Virus record (IMG/VR): IMGVR_UViG_3300045988_181536
Span: 110,314 to 174,313 of that record
Length of the DNA: 64,000 bases
Direction: 5' to 3' (one strand)
Origin: a virus
Under the pieces are notes generated by a model. The model worked only from the letters and a program-made list of their open reading frames with translations, did no database searches and was not told the DNA's origin. This document shows, piece by piece, positions 8,905-20,025 of the stretch; position 1 is the first letter of the stretch, and each line of letters starts with the position of its first letter. A program made the position numbers and the translations under genes.

Positions 8905-11900
8905 ATGGAAGAACAAGTAAAAACAAAAACCACGGATAATCCGGATCCGTTTACGAATGAGTTTTCCCGACAGATTTGGGAAGTAACCTATAAAACGCAA
9001 AATGAAAAGAGTATTACAGATACGTGGAAACGTGTGGCAAATGCTGTAGCCAATGTAGAAAAGGATGAAGAATCCAAAAGATTTTATGCTGAGGCTTTTT
9101 ATGAGATTTTAAAAGATTTTAAGTTTATACCCGGAGGTCGTATATTGGCCAATGCAGGGGGTAGTTGTAAGAATGTCTCTCTCGTCAACTGTTATCTCTC
9201 ACCTGCTCCCAAATACGACATGGATTCCGTTGAAGGAATTATGGAGGTATTAAAGAACCAGGTTTTAACTTTAAAATCTGAAGGAGGCTGGGGTTTAAAT
9301 TGTAGTTTTATTCGTCCCAGAGGTTCTTATATAGAAGGCATAGGTGCCAGAACCCCCGGTGCTGTAAAGTATTTGGAGCTGTTTGATAAAAGTTCCGAAA
9401 TTATTACGGAAGGTCCAGGAGAGTATTACATAGAGAATAAAGAAAAAACGCCTAAGAATGAAAAGAAGAAAATTCGCAAGGGTGCAATGATGCTTTGTTT
9501 AAGCTGCTGGCATCCTGATATATACGAATTTATTACTGCCAAACAAAAGCCGTTTCATCTAACTAAAATGAATATGTCCGTAAATGTTACCAATGCTTTT
9601 ATGGATATTTTAAATAGAGTTAACGAGCTTGTTAAAAACAATGCTTCGCAGGAAGAAATCGATGCTGTTGATTTTTGGCAATTGAGATTTCCTGATACGG
9701 CTTTTGAAAAGTATAAATCCGAATGGGATGGAGACTTGGATAAATGGGAGAAAAAAGGTTATCCTGTAAAAGTTTATCGTACAGTAAGGGCTACTGATCT
9801 ATGGGAAGCCTTAATGCAGTCTACCAGCAATCGTTCGGAGCCTGGAGTTTTATTTCTCGATAGGGCAAATGAGACACATTGCGCAAATTATATCCCTGAG
9901 TTGCAATTAGTTGGGACAAATCCTTGTCTTACTGGAGATACCAAAGTTGCTGTTGCTGACGGGCGTACAAATGTGACTATTAAAGAGTTGGCCGAAGCTG
10001 GCAGAGATGTTCCGGTGTTAGCTTGTGATAATGCTGGCAATATTGTTACAAAGTTAATGCGTAATCCTCGTATTACAGGCTATAATAAAGATATTTATCG
10101 AGTGACTTTAGATGATGGTAATCATATTGATTGCACGTCTAATCATAAGTTTAGATTGTCTGATGGAACATATAAAGAGGTAAAAGATTTATCAACAGGT
10201 GTAGCTTTGCACACAAATACGTTAAGTGTAGAAGAGTATAAACGTTATTTAGTGCAGGAAGTTTTAAATACGGAAATTACCCCTAATCTTCAGCTTGATT
10301 CCGTACAACAACTGTGTGAAGAAGCAAAGTCTCAGGGTTATGAGGTAAAAATAGATAATAACATAGTTTTGGTTAAGAGGGTTTGTGAGGAATGTGGAAA
10401 AGAACATTTTGTTCCATTTACTCATCGCGAAATTGCGTTTTGTTCTCTGGAATGTTTAAATACCCATTTGAATAAAGAAAAAATCGCTGCCAAAACCACA
10501 AATACTGATTTAGATGTAATATCTGCTGAGGATTGGCCTGTAAGGTTTGTTTCGTCTATTGAATATATAGGCAAACAAGATGTCTATACCGGTACAGTTG
10601 ATGATGTGCATAATTATTGCGTTGGGATGTTTGAAACTGTGAATGAACATGGACATCCAAAATTTTATATACTTAATAATCAGCAGTGCGGAGAGCAGGT
10701 TTTATACAGCGGAGGATGCTGCAACTTAGGATCCATCAATCTTACGGCATTTATAGAGTACGATGAAACTAAACATGCCGCCGTTTTTAACTTTCAGAAG
10801 TTCTCTGATATTGTTCCTTATTGCGTAAGATTCTTGGATAATGTCATAGACATTGCCAATCTGCCTTTGGAAGAATATAAATATATGGCTGAAAGTTATC
10901 GAAGAATCGGGCTTGGTATTACAGGCATAGGCTCTGCTTTAATGATGTTGGGTCTAAAATACGATTCTAAGGAAGCTAAAGACTTTTTAACTAAAGTTTT
11001 TGATGTTTATAATTTCTTAGGGATAAGGGCAAGTATCGCTTTAGCTAAATGTAAAGGTGCGTTTAAAGGATGCAATCCTGCAAAACATGCTGATAATATA
11101 AAATATACGTTTAGACATTTACCGAAGTATATATTGGATGCTTTGCAAAAAGAATTGTTAGAAACTAACGGCATCCGCAATTCAGCCTTGTTCTCAGTCC
11201 AACCGACAGGCAATACAGGGTGTCTAGCCAATAATATTTCAGGCGGTGTGGAACCTGTGTTTCAGTTAGAATACTACAGAATTGTTGGAGTGCCGATTGT
11301 TCCTGAAAGCATAAAAGATAAATGTCCTAGGTTCTGGGAGGGGGATTTTACTCCGAACAATTATTTCAAAGAAGTTAAATACGCAGATTTTACTTACTTG
11401 TCTTACGTAACTGAAGCTGGCCAAGAATATCAGATACATAAAGATAGAGGTCTGTGTGAAAAAGTAAAAATTCGAGATTATGCTTACCAATGGATCTTGG
11501 ATCATAATTTAGAATATCCACAGGAAGTTTTTACAACAGCTATGCAACTACCTGTTGAATCTCATTTGGAAATTCTGAAATTAGTATCTGCACATTTGGA
11601 TTCCGCTGTAAGTAAAACGATAAATGTTGGCAAGGATTACCCTTATGAACAGTTTAAGAATGTTTATTTAGATGCATATAATAGCGGAGTAATAAAAGGA
11701 GTTACGACTTATCGTGAGGGTTCTATGAGTGCAGTATTGCAAACTACGGATTCGAAAGATGACGTAAATCCTACATCTACATCGATTATTCATCCTACTA
11801 TTACTGCTGAGAAACGTCCTGATATATTGCCGTGTAGAGTATTTTTTAGAACGGTAAAAGGAATATCTTATTACTTTATTGTAAGTTTCTTGGAAAATAG

Positions 11901-12351
11901 TCCGTTTGAGATGTTTATTGACATAAATGAAGATAACATTTTTGACGAGGATGGAGAATGGGTTGAGCGCCGTCGCATTATACCCAAGACTGTAAAGGAA
12001 GGAACTTTAAAGAAGTTGGGTAAGGCTACGTTCGAGTTTGTATCTAAAGATGAGAAATTTATATTTAAAATTGTAAAAGCCAATGAGTCTTCAGATAAAG
12101 CCACATTAACAGCCCTTGCTCGTTTGGTGGCTTTGAATTTGCAGTCCGGTGTATCAGTGAAAGAGATAATACATCAGCTATCTAAAACCGAAGGGGATTT
12201 TACTTCAATTGTGAAAGCAATTAACAAAGTATTGTCTCAGTGTGCTGGTAAAGTTGATCTTGGAGAAACATGCCCTGTTTGCGGAGGTAAAGTGTTACGT
12301 GAAGAGGGATGTAAAAAATGCTATGCATGTGGATGGTCTGCATGCGGCTAA
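8905..12351 (+). CDS. ribonucleotide reductase large subunit (class II-like) interrupted by an intein
   Basis: RNR active-site NPCGE motif is split as LVGTNP | CLTGDTKV..(intein)..ILNNQQ | CGEQVLYSGGCCNLGSINL. C-terminal Cys-rich tail CPVCGGKV..CKKCYACGWSACG. Confidence 0.7.
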   Translation: MEEQVKTKTTDNPDPFTNEFSRQIWEVTYKTQNEKSITDTWKRVANAVANVEKDEESKRFYAEAFYEILKDFKFIPGGRILANAGGSCKNVSLVNCYLSPAPKYDMDSVEGIMEVLKNQVLTLKSEGGWGLNCSFIRPRGSYIEGIGARTPGAVKYLELFDKSSEIITEGPGEYYIENKEKTPKNEKKKIRKGAMMLCLSCWHPDIYEFITAKQKPFHLTKMNMSVNVTNAFMDILNRVNELVKNNASQEEIDAVDFWQLRFPDTAFEKYKSEWDGDLDKWEKKGYPVKVYRTVRATDLWEALMQSTSNRSEPGVLFLDRANETHCANYIPELQLVGTNPCLTGDTKVAVADGRTNVTIKELAEAGRDVPVLACDNAGNIVTKLMRNPRITGYNKDIYRVTLDDGNHIDCTSNHKFRLSDGTYKEVKDLSTGVALHTNTLSVEEYKRYLVQEVLNTEITPNLQLDSVQQLCEEAKSQGYEVKIDNNIVLVKRVCEECGKEHFVPFTHREIAFCSLECLNTHLNKEKIAAKTTNTDLDVISAEDWPVRFVSSIEYIGKQDVYTGTVDDVHNYCVGMFETVNEHGHPKFYILNNQQCGEQVLYSGGCCNLGSINLTAFIEYDETKHAAVFNFQKFSDIVPYCVRFLDNVIDIANLPLEEYKYMAESYRRIGLGITGIGSALMMLGLKYDSKEAKDFLTKVFDVYNFLGIRASIALAKCKGAFKGCNPAKHADNIKYTFRHLPKYILDALQKELLETNGIRNSALFSVQPTGNTGCLANNISGGVEPVFQLEYYRIVGVPIVPESIKDKCPRFWEGDFTPNNYFKEVKYADFTYLSYVTEAGQEYQIHKDRGLCEKVKIRDYAYQWILDHNLEYPQEVFTTAMQLPVESHLEILKLVSAHLDSAVSKTINVGKDYPYEQFKNVYLDAYNSGVIKGVTTYREGSMSAVLQTTDSKDDVNPTSTSIIHPTITAEKRPDILPCRVFFRTVKGISYYFIVSFLENSPFEMFIDINEDNIFDEDGEWVERRRIIPKTVKEGTLKKLGKATFEFVSKDEKFIFKIVKANESSDKATLTALARLVALNLQSGVSVKEIIHQLSKTEGDFTSIVKAINKVLSQCAGKVDLGETCPVCGGKVLREEGCKKCYACGWSACG
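9925..10686 (+). other. intein in the RNR gene (about 254 aa)
   Basis: Starts with Cys directly after NP of the NPCGE motif. Host sequence resumes at CGEQ. The last intein residue appears to be Gln rather than Asn, so the exact C-boundary is uncertain. Confidence 0.5.
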
Positions 12352-12364
12352 TTTAAACTTAACA

Positions 12365-12399
12365 AACGACGGGCAAGACTTCCTGCCCGTCGTTTTTAA
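12365..12399 (+). terminator. rho-independent terminator
   Basis: Stem aacgacgggca/tgcccgtcgtt, loop agacttcc, followed by ttttt. Confidence 0.55.
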
Positions 12400-12404
12400 A
12401 AACC

Positions 12405-15400
12405 ATGAGAGAAAGCGAAATTAATTTACCCCCCGTGAATATGGATTTGCCATGTCCTAAATTGGCAGATTTTTGCGGAGATTTATCGTATAAACGTTGT
12501 AAGGATGACTTAACTCCCGAAAACGATAATGTAGTATTTTTAAATGGTGTAGGCAGGTTAAATGCGGATATAATGTTTTTAACTGCGGCGCCATTAAAAG
12601 AGGATGTGGATGCGAGATATTCTACACCTATGCATTTAAAATCGGGTGCCGGTGAAATGTTTCGCGCAATATGTTTGCAAAATGGCATTGATATTGATGA
12701 CTGTTATTTTACGTCATTAATAAAGTACGGAATAAAACAAAAGAATTTAAAAGGTTGTAAAAAGGATATAGATTATTGTTTGCCTTTGCTTCTGGAAGAA
12801 TTTCAGTATTGTCACCCAAAAATTATAGTTTGCGTCGGTACGGAAGCGTGTGACTTTATTTTAAATTATAAAATAAGCGTATCAAAATTGGAAGAGGCGT
12901 GGTTTTTTAGTCAAGAACACAACGCTCATGTGTTTGTAATTAGCAGTATTTATAATGCCTATTATAAGCCTGAATTGTACGATAAATTAGATAAAGAGAT
13001 AGGCATGTTGGCTGACTTTTATGATCATTTTCTACAAGGCAAGCCAATCGAGCAGATAAAGTGTGACTATCAATGTATTTCAACTTATTCACAGTTATCC
13101 AATTTGTTAAATCAGCTTAAGTCTGAAGGTTATAAATTATTTGGAGTTGACTGCGAGTGGGGTAAACAATGTTTTGTAGACGGATATCTTAGATCAATAC
13201 AATTTGCATGGGCTCCAGGCAAGGCAGCTTATATAAACTTTAATAATGAACAAGCCGAATGGGTCTTTGATGCATCAAAAGAATCGGTATGTAAATTATT
13301 GCAAGATTTTTTTAATGACCCTGAAGTGCATTTTGTAGGGCATAACGGAGCGGCTGATGCTCAATGGATGTCAACACATTTGGGACTAAATGTGTATGAC
13401 GGCAAGTTTATTTTTGACACCATGTTTGGTATTCAGACAGCTGATGAATATGCTGATCAAAAGTTGGAAAAATTAGCTGCCAAATACACAGATAAAGGCA
13501 GATATGATATTGATCTGATCTTATGGAAGAAAAATAATAAAGGCGTATCCTTTGATGAAGATGAAGGATATGGACAAGTTCCTTTGGAAATTCTTTACCC
13601 ATATGGTTGTTCGGATGCCGATGTAACTTTAAGATTGTATCCGATTATTAAAGACATGTTAATTAAAGACGGCACTTATGATTATTTCATGAATATTAAG
13701 TTGCCGTTTGTTATTGATGGATTTACCTCCATGTCTATTGCGGGTGTGCCTTTTTGCACTGAGGATGCCAATAAAGCGCGAATAGCTTATCTGGCCGCAG
13801 GCGTAGTCATGCAAAAGTTGTTTATGCAAATGCTTAAAAAAGAGGCATATGATTTGTTTTATACGGAAGTGTCAAAAATTCCGCAGGAAACGCCTGTAGC
13901 GAATATTGCAGAAATTCAAAAGTTTTTTGATGATGAAAGATCTTTTGAAGATATTTTTAATCTGTTAAAAAAACTTTATGGGCGCAAAGCATTGCCTTTA
14001 TTGCCGTTTGCTGAACATTATTACTATGTGGATGCCTTTAATCCCAATTCTGCAGAGCATAAAAAGAAATGGTTGTTTGACGTAAAGAAATACACGCCTA
14101 TTAAAACAACTAAGCCGGAAGAGGGTAATGCAATACCCTGGGAAAGAGTATTAAAAATGTCCCCCGCTAAGCAGAAAAATTATAAGCCTGCTGTGGATAA
14201 AGATACTCTTAAAATATTTGCGGATAAAGGAGATGATTTATGTCTGCATTTATTGCAAATGAATGCAATTAATCAGATAACCAAGAATTTTCTAAAAGGT
14301 GAAGAAGGCGGGCTGCAAAAGTTTTTAACTTCAGATGGAAGGCTGCATTCCAACTTCGTTATGACCGAAAGCTCACGGCCACGATCGTTTAAGCCTAACA
14401 TCTTAAACATACCAAGATATGTTACAGATTACATAGACAAGGGTTTCACGAAAGTATTAAAGTATTTTAATATTACAGATAAATCTGATTTGTCGGAGTT
14501 TAATGAAGATAATTTTAATGAAATCGTAAATTCTTTACGTGAAACTTACGGCATTACCGAAAATATAACGATAAAAGATATGGTGCCTGCACCGTTGCGC
14601 TGGTGCTTTAAAGCGCCTGAAGGGTATTGTTTTGTCGATGCAGACTATGCCACAGCTGAAGTATGGTCGATTGCATATTTGGCAAATGATAAAAAGTTAA
14701 TTTCCACTTTGAATGATCCGGATCCGCAATTTGCATTTAAAAAGATGCCTGATGGTTCGGAAAAACAAGTGCGTATAGCATATTGTGATGACATTGTTGA
14801 ATTTACTGAAGATGCAAAAGATCCTGCACTACTTGTAGATCCTAATGATCCGGATTTGGTGAGAAATAATGACGGGTCTCTAAAGCATCCGAAACAAGAT
14901 GTTCACTGGGTTGCAGTGGAAAATAAATTTATGCTTAACACACCCCGAGAAAAGTTAAACAAGAAGAAGACGAGAGATGCTGCGGGAAAGGTAGCTAATT
15001 TTTGTTCTGGCAAAGAAAATTACGTTTATACTTTAGAGGGTTATAAAAAAGCAAAGTTAATAAAACAAGGAGATATTTTAAAATCAATATCCGGTTTTAC
15101 AAAAACTTTATCTGTTACTGCTTTAAATGAGAGAGACTGCATTAAGATCAGATTAAGTTCCGGATTAGTGGCTACTTATCATAAATATCATAAGCTTAGA
15201 TGCTTTAATGGTACGGAAATGGTCTGGGTAAGAGTTAAAGATATCGATCCAAAAAGGCATAAAGTAGTTACCTTCAATCCGAGTTTTACTGAAGTTATAG
15301 GCACTTTTAATGTTCCAAAAGATTCTTATACGGATTTTTATACAGAATTGAAATGTCGTGAAGGTGATAATACCTATCGCTTGCCTGAGTGGATATTCTC

Positions 15401-16364
15401 TTTAAGTCGTGCTGAGATTTGGAGTATATTGCAACGCTTTTTAGAATTAAACCCCCGAGTCACCGATGCGGTGTGTTATCATTTTCCGTTAAAATTTTGG
15501 AAAAATAATTTAGAATTTATTTCCGATATTGCTTTATTGTTGAATTTTATAGGTTTTCAAACCAAGCTTTCGTTGGAACAAGGCGAGGATGTTTTAGTGG
15601 CTTCGGCTGCTATCGAACCTAATGGGCCTTTGCAAAATATTTATTTTAGTGAAGTTGTTTCTTTGGAACATGTGAAAGAAGATATTGTGGCAATTGAATG
15701 TGAATCCCATGAATATATAGACACTTCAATGAATAGCCATAATTCGATTCCTTATGGTGCAAGTCCTTCTTTGCTGGAACGTAACATTGAAATAGCTTCA
15801 GGTGAAAAACCTGAACCTGGTACGGGACAAAAACTTATTGACGCCTATATGAACACCAAACCGCAAGTTGCAGAATTTTTGGAATGGTGTAAGTCTCTGC
15901 CTGACGGACAAGGGTATTACCAATCGCCTTCGGGATTTAAAAGACATTTTAAAATACCGCCTTTGGATGCTCAAATGTCGGATGATCTTAGAGAAAGTAT
16001 CATAAGTAAACTTCGTCGAGAAGCTTGCAATATAGGATTGCAATCTTTGGTTGCTGACTCTTTAGCAAGGGCCATACCTCCACTAAATGCCAGTTTTAGA
16101 AAGATGAATATGAAGAGCAGAGTAGTAATTCCTTTGTATGACGCTATTTATATTTTATCTCCTTACAACGAAGTCGATTTGGCTGTAAGTATGTTGAAGT
16201 TTTTTATGTCTGAGAATAATTATTGGGACCTAAAAGGCGGTCGCTTGCGTTACAGTATTGATGTCGAAGTTACAAAACGGTGGGGTACAGAACTTTCTGA
16301 AGAAGAACACAAAGAACTAACTGAAGGATTAAAAAACGCTTGCCAGACGTTCAAGCTTGCGTAG
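12405..16364 (+). CDS. family-A DNA polymerase with N-terminal UDG-like domain, 3'-5' exonuclease domain and an intein in motif B
   Basis: N-terminus resembles family-4 UDG but carries TAAPL where GEAPG is expected. Exonuclease motif FGVDCEWG. PolA motif A DYATAEVWSIAYLAND. Motif B KVANF | intein | SIPYGAS (KxxNFGxxYG interrupted). Confidence 0.75.
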   Translation: MRESEINLPPVNMDLPCPKLADFCGDLSYKRCKDDLTPENDNVVFLNGVGRLNADIMFLTAAPLKEDVDARYSTPMHLKSGAGEMFRAICLQNGIDIDDCYFTSLIKYGIKQKNLKGCKKDIDYCLPLLLEEFQYCHPKIIVCVGTEACDFILNYKISVSKLEEAWFFSQEHNAHVFVISSIYNAYYKPELYDKLDKEIGMLADFYDHFLQGKPIEQIKCDYQCISTYSQLSNLLNQLKSEGYKLFGVDCEWGKQCFVDGYLRSIQFAWAPGKAAYINFNNEQAEWVFDASKESVCKLLQDFFNDPEVHFVGHNGAADAQWMSTHLGLNVYDGKFIFDTMFGIQTADEYADQKLEKLAAKYTDKGRYDIDLILWKKNNKGVSFDEDEGYGQVPLEILYPYGCSDADVTLRLYPIIKDMLIKDGTYDYFMNIKLPFVIDGFTSMSIAGVPFCTEDANKARIAYLAAGVVMQKLFMQMLKKEAYDLFYTEVSKIPQETPVANIAEIQKFFDDERSFEDIFNLLKKLYGRKALPLLPFAEHYYYVDAFNPNSAEHKKKWLFDVKKYTPIKTTKPEEGNAIPWERVLKMSPAKQKNYKPAVDKDTLKIFADKGDDLCLHLLQMNAINQITKNFLKGEEGGLQKFLTSDGRLHSNFVMTESSRPRSFKPNILNIPRYVTDYIDKGFTKVLKYFNITDKSDLSEFNEDNFNEIVNSLRETYGITENITIKDMVPAPLRWCFKAPEGYCFVDADYATAEVWSIAYLANDKKLISTLNDPDPQFAFKKMPDGSEKQVRIAYCDDIVEFTEDAKDPALLVDPNDPDLVRNNDGSLKHPKQDVHWVAVENKFMLNTPREKLNKKKTRDAAGKVANFCSGKENYVYTLEGYKKAKLIKQGDILKSISGFTKTLSVTALNERDCIKIRLSSGLVATYHKYHKLRCFNGTEMVWVRVKDIDPKRHKVVTFNPSFTEVIGTFNVPKDSYTDFYTELKCREGDNTYRLPEWIFSLSRAEIWSILQRFLELNPRVTDAVCYHFPLKFWKNNLEFISDIALLLNFIGFQTKLSLEQGEDVLVASAAIEPNGPLQNIYFSEVVSLEHVKEDIVAIECESHEYIDTSMNSHNSIPYGASPSLLERNIEIASGEKPEPGTGQKLIDAYMNTKPQVAEFLEWCKSLPDGQGYYQSPSGFKRHFKIPPLDAQMSDDLRESIISKLRREACNIGLQSLVADSLARAIPPLNASFRKMNMKSRVVIPLYDAIYILSPYNEVDLAVSMLKFFMSENNYWDLKGGRLRYSIDVEVTKRWGTELSEEEHKELTEGLKNACQTFKLA
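15003..15743 (+). other. intein in DNA polymerase motif B (247 aa)
   Basis: Begins CSGKENY right after ANF and ends ..MNSHN followed by S-IPYG. In frame with the host ORF. Confidence 0.6.
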
Positions 16365-16404
16365 CGTTGGCAGGTATACAAACACAAGAATATACACATA
16401 AAAT

Positions 16405-17955
16405 ATGGCTTATTTGAATCTATCACAATCATCTATGAATAATACAAAACAAAATTCAGTTTTATCTTCGTTTTTTCGGAATAATATTCCGTGGGTTAGG
16501 CTAGCTCCTCCTCGTGAAAACGAACCGAATATGGTTGTCCGAATACTTCCGGGCATGGATTTTTCATTTCAGAATAACACAGAAGCTCTACTAAGTTCTA
16601 CAGAACCTTTTAAAACAGCATCCGGACAATATACATCTTGGGCGCAGTTTGTAAAAGGTTATATGTTTTTTGGCAGTTTTAAGATGCATTTGTTATCGCC
16701 TGATACTTTGGATATGACTTCACATACGTATCCAAGAAGAGGCGCAGATGCATTTTGCGATTTAAGGAGTTTTATCTTCTTTAACACAGGAAAATATGCG
16801 ACAACAAATCCTCTTACAGGACAGCCTACAATTACACCTGAAGAGGAAGAACTGATTAAGTATAGACCATATTCGCCTAATAATACTGCTGCAAATTTTG
16901 AATCGGTTAAGCTACCGAGCAAACCTCGTACATTTGTTTTGTCGAATGTTTTGCATCGCAATCCTCAAACTGAACAAATGGAGCAGAAGATAGGCGTATA
17001 TAGTGAGCAAATGTTCCAGACGCTTGTGCAAATTGTAAAACAGCAAATTGCTGCCAATTCCGGTTTGTCTTCAGTGTCGGCAAATTATCCTGAACTGTTG
17101 TTCGGAGACGTAACTGATCAGGAAACGGGATGTTTGCTTGAAGTGAGGTATTGTCATAATACTTTAACAAACAATAGAATACTCACTCTTACTCCTTCGA
17201 AAGATCCAAATAATGAAACACGTTTGGGCTATTCACAATATCCCGTTTCGGATGATATTTTGAAGAAAAGGTATATATTGTGTGATCCTGAAAATGTTTT
17301 AGAGATCTGGACTTATCAACAGCAGCTCGATTTGCTGTGTAAGGATCCTATGTTCCCGATCGACTTGTTGAAAAAGGCTAAGGATAATGGAGTCTTTAAA
17401 GACGCAGAATTGCATTTGGAATTGCGCGAAGAAGGTTTGGAAATGCTGGCAAGGCGTGAATCGTTTAAGCGAAATGCTGCTGAAGGCATTTATACGCCGC
17501 AACCTGGCGTTGCCAAAGCTGCTATAGGAAATCGCCCAATTCCAACAATACAAAAACCTGTGATTCCGATTCCAGCAACAGATAAAGCTGCAGCAAATCT
17601 TCCTCCAGTGAATGTTGAAGCTTTGCATACAGCTTCTATATCTGCCAAACCCGTAACGGAACTAGATTTAATTGTAGAAGATTATCATGAGGATGCACAA
17701 AATAGTGCACCGGTTGTTGAAGAGGTTAAACCTGCGGAAACTGTCAAACGCTCAGTTCAGGGGGAGCCTTATACTCCAACATCAAATACAGATATTCCGG
17801 AGGATAATGCGACATTAAGTCGTGCTAAAGCTTCACTATCTGCAGAAGATTATGAAAAGTTTCGTACATTGCATATGGCAATGATAACGAATCCTCAAAA
17901 AATGACTCCTCAAACAATGATGGAGTATTTTCAACTTAACGCTAAAATACATTAA
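16405..17955 (+). CDS. hypothetical protein
   Basis: 516-aa ORF; no motif recognised. Confidence 0.4.
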   Translation: MAYLNLSQSSMNNTKQNSVLSSFFRNNIPWVRLAPPRENEPNMVVRILPGMDFSFQNNTEALLSSTEPFKTASGQYTSWAQFVKGYMFFGSFKMHLLSPDTLDMTSHTYPRRGADAFCDLRSFIFFNTGKYATTNPLTGQPTITPEEEELIKYRPYSPNNTAANFESVKLPSKPRTFVLSNVLHRNPQTEQMEQKIGVYSEQMFQTLVQIVKQQIAANSGLSSVSANYPELLFGDVTDQETGCLLEVRYCHNTLTNNRILTLTPSKDPNNETRLGYSQYPVSDDILKKRYILCDPENVLEIWTYQQQLDLLCKDPMFPIDLLKKAKDNGVFKDAELHLELREEGLEMLARRESFKRNAAEGIYTPQPGVAKAAIGNRPIPTIQKPVIPIPATDKAAANLPPVNVEALHTASISAKPVTELDLIVEDYHEDAQNSAPVVEEVKPAETVKRSVQGEPYTPTSNTDIPEDNATLSRAKASLSAEDYEKFRTLHMAMITNPQKMTPQTMMEYFQLNAKIH

Positions 17956-17961
17956 TTTTAA

Positions 17962-19458
17962 ATGCCTAGAATTAAAAAAGATCAATCAACAGCGGAGGTT
18001 AAACCCTCCGCTGTTGTAAGAGATGTTTTAGACGACTCTGGTATTTCTTTAAGGGCCATGGGCACAACCAAGAAAGCCAGTTTAGCCGGTTTAAGTTTGA
18101 GCCAGTTTTTAGAAGAAGAAGCTGTGCCTGCTTTGCCGTTTGAATCGCCTTTGTTACAATATACGTTTGCAAGTACAGGTATCAATACGGGTACTGCATT
18201 GGAAATTATTGGAGAAGATGGTATTGGTAAAACCACTATGGCTTTGTCTTTAGTTGGTATGGGATTGAGAAATCATCCGTATGCAGTTGCTTTATATTTA
18301 AATTCAGAGGGTAAAAATAAATTATTTAGCGAAGATCGCATTGCTTCTTGTTTAAGTCTTAATAAGCAGGAAGCAAAAGATATGATTGCTAATCGCGTGC
18401 GTTGGAGTGAAGTTGCGACGTTAAATCATGCATTGGAATCCATTCTGAATTTTGGGCGTGTAGTACGAGAAAATCTAGATAAACGAGGAATTAGCAGAAA
18501 CGATTCCCCAATTTTTGTGGTTTTGGATACCTTGTCTAAATTGATGCCGAAAAACGAAGCGGCGTTGCTTGGTTTAGGGGACAAATCCAGTAATCCTGCA
18601 ATTAATTCTTTGGAAGATACCTCAAATCTTGAATTTGCCAGAACATTGCAGCGTTGGTCAAGGGCTATGGCTTATAGCCTTGAGGAGTATGGTATTTGTT
18701 TAATTTTGGTGTCCCATCAAAATACTAAAATTGAGATGAATACTTTTGCTGCAAGATTTTTATCTCAGGCTGCCTTGAAAGAAGATAACCGAACAAAAAT
18801 CGGAGGAAATGCTTTAAATCAAAGTGTAACTTTGCAGTTTACCTTAACTAAGGGAAAAATTTTAACGAGGGAAACTTCGACAAGTAAAACTCCCATAGGT
18901 CAAATTGTGAAGTTAAAGGTGGTAAAAAATTCCCTCTCGATTCCGCATCGCGATTGTCTGTATGTATTAAATATAGATCATAGTTTTGATACGGAGGAAG
19001 AATGGGATCAGCCGTTAAAGTTTGATTACGGCTTGCCGGAAATGTTTATTAAAGAACGCTTGTATGGACTAAAAGTAGCTTCAGTTCAAAAAGATACATT
19101 TACGTCTAAAGCTTTGAATATAGATAATGCTCCTCGGCAGGATGTAATATCAGTACTTAAACCTTTAATATCTGATGTTTTAGATGAGTTAAATATACGC
19201 GGGCATGATCGTATACAAGACATACAAGATGTGGATATCGAGGGAGATCAGGTGTTGGAGGGTGATGAATCTGAAGTAAATACTCCTGAGGGTTCTCAAG
19301 AAACTGAAGAAACATTTGATGATATTTCAGATGCAATAGGACCTTCTTTTGATGAAGAACCTGCGGAAGAGATTACATTAAATGCGGAAGTTACTCCGAA
19401 AAAACGAGGTCGAAAACCTAAAGTAAAAAAAGATAAGGATGACGAAAGGGATCTCTAA
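17962..19458 (+). CDS. RecA/UvsX-like recombinase ATPase
   Basis: Walker A GINTGTALEIIGEDGIGKTTMAL resembles RecA GG..G.I.EI.G.ESSGKTTLAL. Walker B IFVVLDTLSKLMPK. Acidic C-terminal tail followed by a KKRGRKPK basic tail. Confidence 0.55.
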   Translation: MPRIKKDQSTAEVKPSAVVRDVLDDSGISLRAMGTTKKASLAGLSLSQFLEEEAVPALPFESPLLQYTFASTGINTGTALEIIGEDGIGKTTMALSLVGMGLRNHPYAVALYLNSEGKNKLFSEDRIASCLSLNKQEAKDMIANRVRWSEVATLNHALESILNFGRVVRENLDKRGISRNDSPIFVVLDTLSKLMPKNEAALLGLGDKSSNPAINSLEDTSNLEFARTLQRWSRAMAYSLEEYGICLILVSHQNTKIEMNTFAARFLSQAALKEDNRTKIGGNALNQSVTLQFTLTKGKILTRETSTSKTPIGQIVKLKVVKNSLSIPHRDCLYVLNIDHSFDTEEEWDQPLKFDYGLPEMFIKERLYGLKVASVQKDTFTSKALNIDNAPRQDVISVLKPLISDVLDELNIRGHDRIQDIQDVDIEGDQVLEGDESEVNTPEGSQETEETFDDISDAIGPSFDEEPAEEITLNAEVTPKKRGRKPKVKKDKDDERDL

Positions 19459-19954
19459 CTTTTTATTGTATTCCGATCATAATTATCTTCAATCGTTAAA
19501 AAAATTAACTGGCGTTAGGCTTCCTCCTGAGATTCAAACAATGGAGGAAGCTTTATTTTATCACGTAAGTCAGGTAGGTGACCTAAATTTGCCTTTAGAT
19601 GAAGATAATTTAATTGTTGTTTATGAGAGTATTAATCCTGTTTTGGCATTTGTTAATTCTGCAGTTACGGGTAAGTTAAATACTAAAATGTTTAATTTAT
19701 TGGACTCTATTTCAACAGATCCAAACATGATTATGGTTTTGGCGGATACAAGCTTTATGCCACCAAATAATCTTTTTGTATATTCTCCTAGCACCAAACT
19801 CAGGAAACATGTTACGTCTAATACGGACGCTGCTGTATTCACAATGACTTCTGCAGATTATACTTTGGAAAAATATAATTCCAAAGAAGATCTGGAATTT
19901 ATCCCTGAATGCAGGCAGTTGATTTCTTTGAAATCCTTTTTAATACAACTTTAA
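19439..19954 (+). CDS. hypothetical protein
   Basis: 171-aa ORF; the true start may lie downstream of the listed one. Confidence 0.3.
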   Translation: MTKGISNFLLYSDHNYLQSLKKLTGVRLPPEIQTMEEALFYHVSQVGDLNLPLDEDNLIVVYESINPVLAFVNSAVTGKLNTKMFNLLDSISTDPNMIMVLADTSFMPPNNLFVYSPSTKLRKHVTSNTDAAVFTMTSADYTLEKYNSKEDLEFIPECRQLISLKSFLIQL

Positions 19955-20025
19955 AGAATGTTGCTTAACTTACTGAAATTTACAAGTAAAGTTTAGTTTA
20001 TAATCACTAACTTTTAATAAACTAT

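Noticed and set aside
2578-19842. Short antisense or internal ORFs from the six-frame track (for example 2578..2787, 11007..11231, 16659..16961, 19621..19842)
   Set aside because: They lie entirely inside longer ORFs that have clear homology or better coding properties. They are typical AT-rich random open frames.
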